A DNA stretch of 64,000 bases from Parcubacteria group bacterium. Lineage in GTDB: Bacteria > Patescibacteriota > Minisyncoccia > Moranbacterales > UBA2206. The notes under the pieces are model-generated. The model saw only the letters and a program-made list of their open reading frames with translations. It had not been told where the DNA came from and made no database searches. Positions within the stretch are counted from its first letter, which is position 1; every line of letters begins with the position of its first letter. The position numbers and the translations under genes are program-made. This document shows positions 20,145 to 29,474 of the stretch, piece by piece. The DNA is taken from the NCBI GenBank assembly GCA_041659505.1, contig JBAZYF010000001.1, forward strand, positions 502,712 to 566,711. The letters run 5' to 3'.

Positions 20145-21467
20145 ATGCGAAAACTGGGACAAATTCGAAAACCGAGAAAGGCAGCCGAAGAGGAAGAAGC
20201 ACCGCGAGGCGCGGGTGATTTTGGTAGTGCGATTTCAGCTCTTTGCGAAGAGAAGGGAATCTCAAAAGAGAAAGTGATTGAGACAATTGCGGCGGCCTTA
20301 GCGGCAGCTTACAAAAAAGACTATGGCAAAAAAGGCCAGAACATCCGGGCGGAATTTGATGAGGTGAGTGGCGGAGCGAAATTTTATCTCGTGAAAGAGG
20401 TGGTTGATGAAACGACACGGGAGTTTGTGGAGGAGAAAGAAGAAGGTGAAGTTGAAGAGAAACGAAGCTATGAGACGAGACCCTCCTTCGCTGAAGCTAC
20501 GGCGGACGAAGAAAAATTACCGCGTTTTAATCCGGAGCGCGATCTGACTTTGGAGCAGGCAAAGAAAATCAAGAAAAAAGCGGTGGTGGGGGATATTATT
20601 GAAACAGTTTTGCCGGAAGAAAAGGATTACGGTCGAGTGGCGGCGCAAACAGCCAAGCAAGTGATCATTCAAAGAATTCGCGAAGCGGAAAGAGATTCGA
20701 TGTTTGAGGAATATAAGAATAAGGAAGGCGAAGTGATTTCCGGCGTTGTGCAACGGGTGGAAGGCCGGAATGTTTTCATTGATATCGGAAAATCAGTCGG
20801 CGTGCTTTTTCCTGGCGAACAGATCGAGCGGGAAAATTATCGCATCGGACAGCGCGTGAAAGTTTATCTGGCGAAAGTAGATGCAGGCACAAAAGGTCCT
20901 GGCATCACGCTTAGTCGGGTGCATCCGGAAATGGTGCGGAGACTTTTTGAATTGGAAGTGCCGGAAATTTTTGCCGGAACGGTGGAAATCAAAGCAATCG
21001 CGAGGGAAGCAGGTGAGCGCACGAAAGTGGCTGTTGCTTCGACAGAAGAAGGAATTGATCCGATCGGTTCTTGTGTGGGACAAAAAGGGACGAGAGTGCA
21101 AGCGATCATTGAAGAATTGGGCGGAGAAAAAATTGACATCATCCTTTGGAACGAAGACCAGGCGAAATTTATTTCCGCCGCGCTTAGCCCAGCCAAAGTT
21201 TTGCGCGTTGATCTCAATGATGTAGAGAAAAAAGCGACCGTTGTCGTACCAGAAGAGCAACTATCACTGGCGATCGGCAAGCGCGGACAAAATGTCCGTC
21301 TGGCCGCCAAGCTGACCGGTTGGAAGATTGATATTGCGGGAGTAAGCGCTGATGAAGATGGAAAAGAAATCAATAATCAAGAAACAGTGAACAGTGAACA
21401 GCAGGGGGAAGAGAAAAAAGAAGAATTTGTTGCGCCAGAAGTGGCGGAAGATAAGACAGAAGAGTAG
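20145..21467 (+). CDS. nusA: Transcription factor NusA
   Basis: GRVAAQTAKQVIIQ, ELEVPEI, AREAGERTK, LSLAIGKRGQNVRLA. Confidence 0.97.
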   Translation: MRKLGQIRKPRKAAEEEEAPRGAGDFGSAISALCEEKGISKEKVIETIAAALAAAYKKDYGKKGQNIRAEFDEVSGGAKFYLVKEVVDETTREFVEEKEEGEVEEKRSYETRPSFAEATADEEKLPRFNPERDLTLEQAKKIKKKAVVGDIIETVLPEEKDYGRVAAQTAKQVIIQRIREAERDSMFEEYKNKEGEVISGVVQRVEGRNVFIDIGKSVGVLFPGEQIERENYRIGQRVKVYLAKVDAGTKGPGITLSRVHPEMVRRLFELEVPEIFAGTVEIKAIAREAGERTKVAVASTEEGIDPIGSCVGQKGTRVQAIIEELGGEKIDIILWNEDQAKFISAALSPAKVLRVDLNDVEKKATVVVPEEQLSLAIGKRGQNVRLAAKLTGWKIDIAGVSADEDGKEINNQETVNSEQQGEEKKEEFVAPEVAEDKTEE

Positions 21468-21478
21468 ATTCTTAAATT

Positions 21479-21669
21479 GTGTCATCCCCGCACCCGTTTC
21501 ACGAGCATAAACTCCGGCGGGGATCCAGGCGCCTCAGGTGAAAAATAAAGAGAAAACGAATTATTAAAATTCAAGACTTAATGAAGCAGAACTCTTGCCA
21601 GACTTGCAATTCGGTTTTCCAGGGTTCATAAATTGTGGAACCTGGATTCCCGCCTGCGCGGGAATGACA
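21479..21669. repeat. MITE/REP-like element family 1, copy 2
   Basis: GTCATCCCCGC...GCGGGGATCCAGG and CCTGGATTCCCGCCTGCGCGGGAATGAC; interior similar to 7866 copy. Confidence 0.8.
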
Positions 21670-21738
21670 AGGAGAGTAGTGTATTTTTCTGAAGCTCTCC
21701 GTCAAAGCAGAAATAATAAAATAATTATTAATAAAACG

Positions 21739-22668
21739 ATGAAAAAATTAATTATTATTGGCCATAAGAATCCAGATACTGACACAGTTGTTTCTAGTTT
21801 GATTGCGGAACATTATTACAAGAATGTTTTAAAAATCGAAGCCAAGGCATATCGTGCGGGAGAGCTTAACAACGAGACGAAATTTGTTTTGGCGGAGTTT
21901 ATGCTACAGGCGCCAGCGCTACTTAAGAAAGCCGGAGAGAAAGATGTTTTTGTCTTGGTTGATCATAATGAACTTAGCCAGACTGTGGATGGTTTGAACA
22001 TCGGGCAAATTGAGCGGATCGTTGATCACCATAAGCTCAACCTGCAAACTGAAGCCCCGATTTTTTTGCGTACTGATCCGATCGGGAGTACTGCTTCGGT
22101 GCTGGCAAGAATGTACGGCGAAGCGGGAAAAAAAATTCCGACCAACATCGCAAAACTGATGCTGGCGGGAATCTTGTCTGATACTTTGAATTTAAATTCA
22201 CCAACAACGACGGAGGTGGATAGAAAATTAGTGAAAGATTTGAACAAAATTGCCAAGCTGAATCTGAAGCAATTTGTGGCTGATTTATTTTCTGCCAAAT
22301 CAAGTCTCAGGGGAATTTCTTTGGATATTTTGATCACACAAGATTATAAGGTATTTGAAATGGGTGCTAGTAAGGTCGGGATTGCTGCTTGGGAAACGAC
22401 TAAACCGGAAAGTGTTTTGGTGGAGAAGGAAAAAATATTAGAACTGCTTGCGAAAAAGAAGCAACAGGAAAAACTAGATTACATCGTGTTTATGCTGGTG
22501 GATATCATTGCGCAAAACAGTACGCTGTTTATTGTCAGTGAAAAAGAACAGGTGCTTTTGGAAAAAGTTTTTGCTGGAAAAATTTCTGGCAACGAGATGT
22601 TTTTACCGGGAGTGGTTTCACGAAAAAAACAGATCGTGCCGCCATTGACTGAGAGCCTAAATAAATAA
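21739..22668 (+). CDS. ppaC: Mn-dependent inorganic pyrophosphatase
   Basis: GHKNPDTD, LVDHN, DHH, SDT, SRKKQ. Confidence 0.93.
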   Translation: MKKLIIIGHKNPDTDTVVSSLIAEHYYKNVLKIEAKAYRAGELNNETKFVLAEFMLQAPALLKKAGEKDVFVLVDHNELSQTVDGLNIGQIERIVDHHKLNLQTEAPIFLRTDPIGSTASVLARMYGEAGKKIPTNIAKLMLAGILSDTLNLNSPTTTEVDRKLVKDLNKIAKLNLKQFVADLFSAKSSLRGISLDILITQDYKVFEMGASKVGIAAWETTKPESVLVEKEKILELLAKKKQQEKLDYIVFMLVDIIAQNSTLFIVSEKEQVLLEKVFAGKISGNEMFLPGVVSRKKQIVPPLTESLNK

Positions 22669-22684
22669 TAATTTTAAAGTTTCT

Positions 22685-23968
22685 ATGATAAAGCAACTAC
22701 CTAAATCAAGAATCGAAGTGGAGCTGACTGTGGAGTGGTCGGAGTGGGAAAAGTATATCGCACCAGCTGTTTCTGAAATTTCCGCGGAGTTTAAGTTTCC
22801 CGGATTTCGTCCAGGGAAAGCGCCAAGAAATCTTGTCGAGCAAAAAGTGGGCAAAGAAATGATCCTTTCTCACGCGGCGGAAAAAGCGATCAGCAAGAGT
22901 TATTCTGATTTTGTTATCAAAGAGAAATTGGCAGTGCTTGGCAGTCCGCAAGTGGAGATTGATAAGATCGTCGAAAATGAGCCGCTTGTTTTCAAAGCAA
23001 CTGTGGCGGTGATGCCAAAAGTGACTGTCAAAGATGACTACAAAGTGGAGATTAAGAAGATTAATGCTGATTTTCAGAAAAAAACGGCCAAGGTTGGCGA
23101 AGAAGAAATTACCCTCGAACTGGAAAAGATTGCTAATAGTCGCGTAAAATTAGTTACGGTGCGGAGGCCGGCAGCGAAAAATGACAGTGTGGAGGTGGAT
23201 TTCGCGGTGAGTATTGACGGGAAAGTGATCGAAGGTGGAGAGAGTAAGAATCACGCGCTGGTCATTGGCAAAGAAGTGTTTATTCCTGGCTTTGAGGATA
23301 ATTTAATTGGAATGAACGAAAACGAAGAAAAAGAATTTGAACTTAGTTTTCCTGATAGTTATCACAAAAAAGAGCTAGCGGGAAAAGCGGCAAAATTCAA
23401 TGTGAAGATGGATCTAGTACAAGAGAGACAGATCCCAGAAATTAATGATGAATTTGCCCTATCTTTAGGAAAATTCAAGAATCTTTCGGAACTGAAGAAA
23501 AATATCCAGGAAGGCTTGGAACACGAAAATGAACACAAATTGAAAGAAGAAAAGCACGGAAAATATTTGGATGCAATCGTGAAGAGTCTAGAAGGTGAAT
23601 TGCCCGAGGCACTCGTCGCTGATGAACTCAATCGGATGGCGCAAGAGTTTGAGGGTCAGATCCAATCGACCGGTATGACACTAGACCACTACTTGGAACA
23701 TCTGAAAAAAGATAAGGCAGAACTTCTGAAGGATTGGGAACCGCAGGCGGAAAAAAGGATTAAATCGGCCATGGCGCTGAAAGAAATTGCCAAAAATGAA
23801 GAGGTGAAAGTAGAATCAGCGGAAGTGGAAGCGGAAATGAACAAAACCGTGCAATACTACAAGAATGTCAAAGATTTTGAAAAGAATGTCGATATGCAGA
23901 GATTGTATAGTTATGTGAAGGGAACGTTGGAGAATGATAAGGTGTTTGAGATGCTGGAGAAACTATAA
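22685..23968 (+). CDS. tig: Trigger factor
   Basis: GFRPGKAP, FIPGFED; adjacent to clpP. Confidence 0.95.
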   Translation: MIKQLPKSRIEVELTVEWSEWEKYIAPAVSEISAEFKFPGFRPGKAPRNLVEQKVGKEMILSHAAEKAISKSYSDFVIKEKLAVLGSPQVEIDKIVENEPLVFKATVAVMPKVTVKDDYKVEIKKINADFQKKTAKVGEEEITLELEKIANSRVKLVTVRRPAAKNDSVEVDFAVSIDGKVIEGGESKNHALVIGKEVFIPGFEDNLIGMNENEEKEFELSFPDSYHKKELAGKAAKFNVKMDLVQERQIPEINDEFALSLGKFKNLSELKKNIQEGLEHENEHKLKEEKHGKYLDAIVKSLEGELPEALVADELNRMAQEFEGQIQSTGMTLDHYLEHLKKDKAELLKDWEPQAEKRIKSAMALKEIAKNEEVKVESAEVEAEMNKTVQYYKNVKDFEKNVDMQRLYSYVKGTLENDKVFEMLEKL

Positions 23969-23979
23969 TATTTTTTATA

Positions 23980-24084
23980 ATTTACAATTTTCAATTACCA
24001 ATTTTCAATAAATTTTCAAGTTCCAATTTGAAAATTGATCCATTGACAATTGAATGTAAATTGAAAATTGATTATTGAAAATTA
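23980..24084. repeat. CAATTTT/TTGAAAA heptamer-type inverted repeat array
   Basis: caattttcaattaccaattttcaat ... attgaaaattgattattgaaaatt. Confidence 0.6.
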
Positions 24085-24086
24085 AT

Positions 24087-24680
24087 ATGAACAACTTAAC
24101 GAATCAGTATCTTATTCCAACCGTAATCGAAAAGACCAGCCAAGGTGAGAGGGCATATGATATTTATTCACGCCTGCTAAAAGATCGGATAATTTTTTTG
24201 GGTAGTTCGATCGATGACGTGTCGGCTAATATTATCATTGCACAACTTTTGTTTTTGGATTCGCAAAATTCCAAAGAAGATATCAAGCTCTATATCAATT
24301 CTCCCGGCGGATCAGTCACGGCGGCGCTCGCAATTTATGACACGATGCAATTTGTCAAAATTGACGTCTCAACGATCTGTGTGGGAATCGCGGCTAGTGC
24401 GGCGGCGCTGCTGCTCGCTAGTGGTGCGAAAGGAAAAAGGATTGCATTGCCAAACAGCGAAGTGATGATTCATCAAGTGATGGGTGGCGCGCAAGGCCAG
24501 GCGACAGACATCGACATCCACGCGAAACATATTTTGAAAACGAAAGATAAGTTGAATGAAATTTTGGCGACGCATACTGGTCAACCAATTGCCAAAGTGA
24601 CGATTGACGCGGAACGAGATTTTTTCATGAGCGCAACTGAGGCGAAGAAGTATGGAATTGTGGATAAAATCATAAAATAA
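24087..24680 (+). CDS. clpP: ATP-dependent Clp protease proteolytic subunit
   Basis: [26 protein letters not shown]. Confidence 0.97.
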   Translation: MNNLTNQYLIPTVIEKTSQGERAYDIYSRLLKDRIIFLGSSIDDVSANIIIAQLLFLDSQNSKEDIKLYINSPGGSVTAALAIYDTMQFVKIDVSTICVGIAASAAALLLASGAKGKRIALPNSEVMIHQVMGGAQGQATDIDIHAKHILKTKDKLNEILATHTGQPIAKVTIDAERDFFMSATEAKKYGIVDKIIK

Positions 24681-24685
24681 AGGAA

Positions 24686-24840
24686 CCCTCCTCGCCCTCC
24701 GGGAGAGGATGTCACGAGCACGTGACAGGTGAGGGTAAGGGTTATACATTAGGAATAATCCAAGCTAGTTTAGTTTTTTCCTAACATTACACCCTTTCCC
24801 TCATCCGGCCTCCGGCCACCTTCTCCCGAAGGGCGAAGGA
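24686..24840. repeat. Palindromic element family 2, copy 2
   Basis: Same ends as 9047-9200, different interior. Confidence 0.8.
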
Positions 24841-24848
24841 GATATAAA

Positions 24849-24887
24849 GAAAAACCCTCGAAACTTTAAAAGTTTCGAGGGTTTTTT
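24849..24887. terminator. Bidirectional intrinsic terminator
   Basis: AAAAACCCTCGAAACTTT-aa-AAGTTTCGAGGGTTTTTT between convergent clpP and gpmI. Confidence 0.8.
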
Positions 24888-24903
24888 GAGATAAAACTAA
24901 AAA

Positions 24904-26490
24904 CTATTTTTTGTTTTCCAGAAACGGCAACAAACTTTCTCCGGTCATTTCTTTGGATTTTTTGATTCCGAAAAGATCAAGAATTGTTGGGGCAATATCG
25001 CTGAGGAGTCCGGATACTTCAAAATTTACGTCAATAGCCTCACTTTTTTTGCTAGAATGGTTTTGTGCGGTAACAAACCAGAGTGGAACTGGATTGGCGG
25101 AGTGTTCGGTATTTTTTTCTCCAGTTTTGAGGTTGATCATTTCTTCTACATTACCATGATCGGCCGTGATGAGTAGGCAGCCGTTTTTTTGGGTAATTTC
25201 TCGAATTAACTTGTCTAGGCATCTATCCACTGTCTCAATGGCGATGATAGCCGCCCGTTCATTCCCAGTGTGGCCGATCATATCGGGATTGGCATAATTA
25301 AGAACTATGAAATCATACTTTTGGGCCTGCACATATTCACAAACCTTGTCTGTCAATTCCTGCGCGCGCATTTCAGGTGCCTCGTCAAAGCGCGCGACAT
25401 CTTTTGATGGAATAATGACGCGGTCTTCTAGCGGGAAGGGCTCTTCATTTCCACCATTGAAAAAATAGGTGACGTGGGCGAACTTTTCTGTTTCGGCGAT
25501 TCTCAGTTGGGTTAATTTTTCTGCGGAGAGAATTTTTCCAAGACAGGATTCAACTTCGACAATAGGGAAAGCGATGTCATTTACTGGTAATCCAGTTTCG
25601 TATTGTACCATACTGACAAAATGAAGATTAGCTATCTTTCTTCTATTAAATTTATCAAAATCAGGAAGGGTAAAAGCTTTTGTGATTTGACGGGCGCGAT
25701 CCTCGCGAAAATTAAAAAAAATCAAGGCATCGTTATCGGAAACCGTCGCAATCGGTTTTCCATCTTCAGTCACGACAGCTGGAACGATGTATTCATCAAA
25801 AACCTCTTGTTTGTAGGATTTTTTAAGATAGTCTAGGGGGTCAGTAATCTGTTCGCCCAGACCATCTGTCATGGCCGCATAGGCTAATTGGATGCGATCC
25901 CAGTTGTTATTGCGATCCATGCCATAATATCTACCTCCAATCGTGGCAATTTTTCCCACGCCGTAAATATTAATTCTCTTTTGCAGATCCGTAATACATT
26001 CTACTCCTGAAGTAGGGGCACAGTCTCTTCCGTCGGTAAAAATATGCAAATAGACGCGATCAAATTTTTGCTCATGCATCAGTTCTAAAAGTCCATAGAG
26101 ATGGTCGACATTAGAATGGATGCCGCCTTTACCAAGGAGGCCCATAATGTGAACAGACGACTTATTTTTCTTGGCATGATCAATCGCACCCAGAAATGCC
26201 TTATTTTTGAAAAACTCGCCATTCTGTATGGACATCGTGATACGTGGCAAATTTTGATAGAGGGTTTGTCCTGTGCCAAGAGTGAGATGGCCCACTTCTG
26301 AATTGCCAGGTTCACCCCAGGGAATTCCGACTGAAATGCCAGAGGCCTGAAGAGCGATATGGGGATAGAGTTGATTTAGTCTTTCAATTGTGGGCAATTT
26401 TGCGGAAGCGATCGCGTTGCCTTTTGTTTGCTTACTAAGTCCCCATCCGTCCAGGATAACAAGTGTGATTGGTTTGAAGATATTCTGCAT
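24904..26490 (-). CDS. gpmI: 2,3-bisphosphoglycerate-independent phosphoglycerate mutase
   Basis: ILDGWG, GNSEVGH, AETEKFAHVT, DMIGHTG, TADHGN. Confidence 0.96.
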   Translation of the reverse strand: MQNIFKPITLVILDGWGLSKQTKGNAIASAKLPTIERLNQLYPHIALQASGISVGIPWGEPGNSEVGHLTLGTGQTLYQNLPRITMSIQNGEFFKNKAFLGAIDHAKKNKSSVHIMGLLGKGGIHSNVDHLYGLLELMHEQKFDRVYLHIFTDGRDCAPTSGVECITDLQKRINIYGVGKIATIGGRYYGMDRNNNWDRIQLAYAAMTDGLGEQITDPLDYLKKSYKQEVFDEYIVPAVVTEDGKPIATVSDNDALIFFNFREDRARQITKAFTLPDFDKFNRRKIANLHFVSMVQYETGLPVNDIAFPIVEVESCLGKILSAEKLTQLRIAETEKFAHVTYFFNGGNEEPFPLEDRVIIPSKDVARFDEAPEMRAQELTDKVCEYVQAQKYDFIVLNYANPDMIGHTGNERAAIIAIETVDRCLDKLIREITQKNGCLLITADHGNVEEMINLKTGEKNTEHSANPVPLWFVTAQNHSSKKSEAIDVNFEVSGLLSDIAPTILDLFGIKKSKEMTGESLLPFLENKK

Positions 26491-26713
26491 ATTTTGTTTG
26501 TTAGCTTTAGATGATTACTAGTATATGTTAGCACTCTTGGCGTGTTTTGACAAAAATTGGCGGTTGTAATACCATTAGAGGGGTAGATAATTGTTTAAAC
26601 AACTCTAGTTTATATTGATAAAGGGGAATATTCAGGGGTGGCGCCCTGGCTTTTCAAAAAGTATCTGTGGCAAATTACATTTATGATTTATCAATTGAAT
26701 AGAAAAAAATATT

Positions 26714-28246
26714 ATGGAAATGGGTTTAACGGTGCTAATCACCGGTATTTTATCTTTGGGAATCGGGTCAGTCCTGGGCTATTATGCCAGGCAGACAATT
26801 GCTAAGAAGCAACTTTCCACAGCGGAAGGCAAGGCCTTGAAGGTGGAGGAAATGGCAGAAAAAAAGGCACAGGAAATTGTGCTAGAGGCGAAAAATAAGG
26901 CGGTGAATATCCTAGAAGAAGCCAAGAAGAAAGAATTTGACAAAGAAGAGCAACTCCTCCGGACAGAGGCACGTTTGGATAAAAAAGAAGAAAGCTTGGA
27001 GGGAAAAATTCAGGATGTAGAAAAAGAGAAAGAATTGTTAGGTAAAAAGGCGGATGAGGTCAGGGAGATTCGAAAAGAAGCGGAAGAAGCTAGAAAACAA
27101 GAATTAAAAAGGCTGGAAAAGATCGCAGGGCTTTCAAAGGAAGCGGCTAAGAAAATTCTTTTGCAACTGACTGAAGAAGAAAGTCGAGAGCTTTTGGCCA
27201 AAAGGATCAAATCATTGGAAATTGAAGGACGTGATACTTTAGAAAAGAAAGCGCGTGATATTATGACTGGCGCAATCCAAAAATATGCTGGTTCGCATGC
27301 AGCTGATGTGACCACAAGCATTGTTGCAATTCCATCTGACGAAGTGAAGGGTCGGATTATCGGAAGAGAGGGACGAAATATCAAGGCCTTGGAGCGGCTT
27401 ACGGGGATTGAAATTATTGTCGATGATACGCCGGAAGCGATTGTTATTTCTGGTTTTGATCCGATTCGCAGAGAAATTGCGCGAATTGCGATTGAACGGC
27501 TTATCTCTGACGGACGGATCCATCCAACCAAGATCGAGGAGGCAGTGGAATTTGCTAAGTTGGAAATTAATAATAAGATCCGTGAAGCCGGTGACGCTGC
27601 TGCTTATGACGTAGGAGTGGCTGGGCTTGATCCGAAACTGATCCATATCTTAGGACGTCTCAGATATCGGACTAGTTATGGCCAAAACGCACTGTTACAT
27701 TCATTGGAAGTGGCCCATCTCTCTGGAGCATTGGCGGCGGAATTAGGCGCGGATGTGAGTTTGGCGAAAAAAGCGGGACTCTTGCATGACATCGGCAAAG
27801 CGATTGATCATGAGGTGCAAGGCACGCACGTAGAAATTGGCATCAAGATTTTGGAAAAATTCAAAATTGGCAAAGACATTATTGATGCGATGAAATCTCA
27901 CCATGAAGATTATCCATTTGAAACACCAGAATCGATGATTATCTCAGCGGCCGATGCCATTTCCGCTTCACGTCCCGGAGCGAGAAAAGACACGCTGGAA
28001 AATTACCTCAAGCGCTTGGAAGAACTGGAAGCAGTGGCGACATCTTTCCCGGAAGTGGAAAAGACCTATGCCATCCAAGCCGGAAGAGAAATTCGCGTAT
28101 TCGTGCGACCGGACAAAATTGATGATCTGGGTTCAATTAAATTGAGCCGAGCGATTGCCGATAAGATTGAAAAAGAGTTGAAGTATCCAGGTGAAATCAA
28201 AGTGAATGTGATTCGCGAAACACGCGTGGTGGAATATGCTCGTTAG
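26714..28246 (+). CDS. rny: Ribonuclease Y
   Basis: N-terminal TM, coiled coil, KGRIIGREGRNI, LHDIGK. Confidence 0.97.
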   Translation: MEMGLTVLITGILSLGIGSVLGYYARQTIAKKQLSTAEGKALKVEEMAEKKAQEIVLEAKNKAVNILEEAKKKEFDKEEQLLRTEARLDKKEESLEGKIQDVEKEKELLGKKADEVREIRKEAEEARKQELKRLEKIAGLSKEAAKKILLQLTEEESRELLAKRIKSLEIEGRDTLEKKARDIMTGAIQKYAGSHAADVTTSIVAIPSDEVKGRIIGREGRNIKALERLTGIEIIVDDTPEAIVISGFDPIRREIARIAIERLISDGRIHPTKIEEAVEFAKLEINNKIREAGDAAAYDVGVAGLDPKLIHILGRLRYRTSYGQNALLHSLEVAHLSGALAAELGADVSLAKKAGLLHDIGKAIDHEVQGTHVEIGIKILEKFKIGKDIIDAMKSHHEDYPFETPESMIISAADAISASRPGARKDTLENYLKRLEELEAVATSFPEVEKTYAIQAGREIRVFVRPDKIDDLGSIKLSRAIADKIEKELKYPGEIKVNVIRETRVVEYAR

Positions 28247-28392
28247 TGTGTGGATAAATGCATTTGCTTTATTTAAAGCAATTGTAGTAAAATAGAAAGA
28301 CAAGCAGATTCGATAAGAATTAAGGTACGCGCCAAAGTTTAATTTCCGAAAAATTAAAGGGCTTGGCGAAACTATTGAAAGGAGGTGATAAT

Positions 28393-28677
28393 ATGGCAGG
28401 CAATATCAATAAAGATGCTTTGGTAAGCGCAATCAGCGAAAAGACTGATTTGTCCAAGAAAGACATCGAAATGGTTTTGGAGACAATGATTGAAGTTATC
28501 ACTAAATCTCTAAAAAGCGGAGATAAGGTAACAATGACCGGTTTTGGAACTTTCAAGGTTTCTAACCGTGCAGCGAGAGAAGGAATCAATCCTCAAACTA
28601 AAGCTAAGATCAAAATCCCAGCAATGACCGTTCCTAAATTTACAGCTGGAAAAGCTTTGAAAGAAGCTGTGAAATAA
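28393..28677 (+). CDS. hup: DNA-binding protein HU
   Basis: GFGTF, GINPQT, PKFTAGKALK. Confidence 0.95.
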   Translation: MAGNINKDALVSAISEKTDLSKKDIEMVLETMIEVITKSLKSGDKVTMTGFGTFKVSNRAAREGINPQTKAKIKIPAMTVPKFTAGKALKEAVK

Positions 28678-28724
28678 ATTTAGTTTGAATATATTTTCTA
28701 GAAAATAAATTAGAAGATAGCAAT

Positions 28725-28750
28725 AAAATCCCGCGCAAGCGGGATTTTAT
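28725..28750 (+). terminator. Intrinsic terminator
   Basis: AAAATCCCGC-gcaa-GCGGGATTTT. Confidence 0.75.
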
Positions 28751-28921
28751 TATGCTTATTGACTAAAGGGCGGTTTACGGATATGATTTATAAGTCAGTA
28801 AAAACGGTATGTAGCTATATTATGGCCAAGCGGGCTTGCCCGCCGGAGCTTTAGCGTAGTCCTCCTTCGCGTGATACTAGCGGGCCTTGCCCGTCGTAGT
28901 CACGCTTCGGCGGGACGGAGA

Positions 28922-28992
28922 CGGGGCGTTGTGTAATGGTAGCGCGCTTGGTTTGGGACCAAGTAGTCCGAGTTCGAGTCTCGGCGCCCCGA
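28922..28992 (+). tRNA. tRNA-Pro (TGG)
   Basis: CGGGGCG/CGCCCCG acceptor, CTTGG-TTTGGGA-CCAAG, GTTCGAGTC. Confidence 0.9.
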
Positions 28993-29026
28993 CAGAGAAA
29001 CAGAATGTTTTAGAGTTAAAAATAGT

Positions 29027-29287
29027 ATGTTGTGCTATGTTTATGTCCTAGAGAGTAAGAAAAATAGAGATTTCTATAAAGGGTTTACCCAAGATATAAA
29101 CAAAAGACTAAAGGAGCATAATTCTGGCTTAACCGAGTCAACGAAAAATCACAGACCATGGAAGCTAGTCTATTGTGAAATATTCCTAAATAAGCAGGAT
29201 GCGATTAATCGAGAAAAGTATTTAAAGGGCAATTGGGGTAGGAAATTTCTCAAAGAAGTATTGAAAAATTATATAGAAAATAGATAA
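29027..29287 (+). CDS. Small GIY-YIG nuclease family protein
   Basis: YVYVL..FYKGFT..RLKEHN..REKYLK. Confidence 0.88.
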   Translation: MLCYVYVLESKKNRDFYKGFTQDINKRLKEHNSGLTESTKNHRPWKLVYCEIFLNKQDAINREKYLKGNWGRKFLKEVLKNYIENR

Positions 29288-29402
29288 ATTGTTTCCGGCG
29301 TGCCTGCGGCATTTGCTTGCGATATGGATAGTAAGTGCTCTCCGATGATAGCTAAGCTTAAGAAGATGTATCACTTATTAAGTTCGGTGGCAAATGCAGC
29401 AG

Positions 29403-29474
29403 GCGGGTATCGTATAGTGGCTAATATACGTCCTTGCCAAGGACGAGCGACGGGTTCGATTCCCGTTACCCGCT
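29403..29474 (+). tRNA. tRNA-Gly (GCC)
   Basis: GCGGGTA/TACCCGC acceptor, CGTCC-TTGCCAA-GGACG, GGTTCGATTCC. Confidence 0.92.

Noticed and set aside
21595-21738. N-terminal extension of PpaC in the ORF track
   Set aside because: Read-through of the palindromic repeat (WIPACAGMT); the real start is probably 21739.
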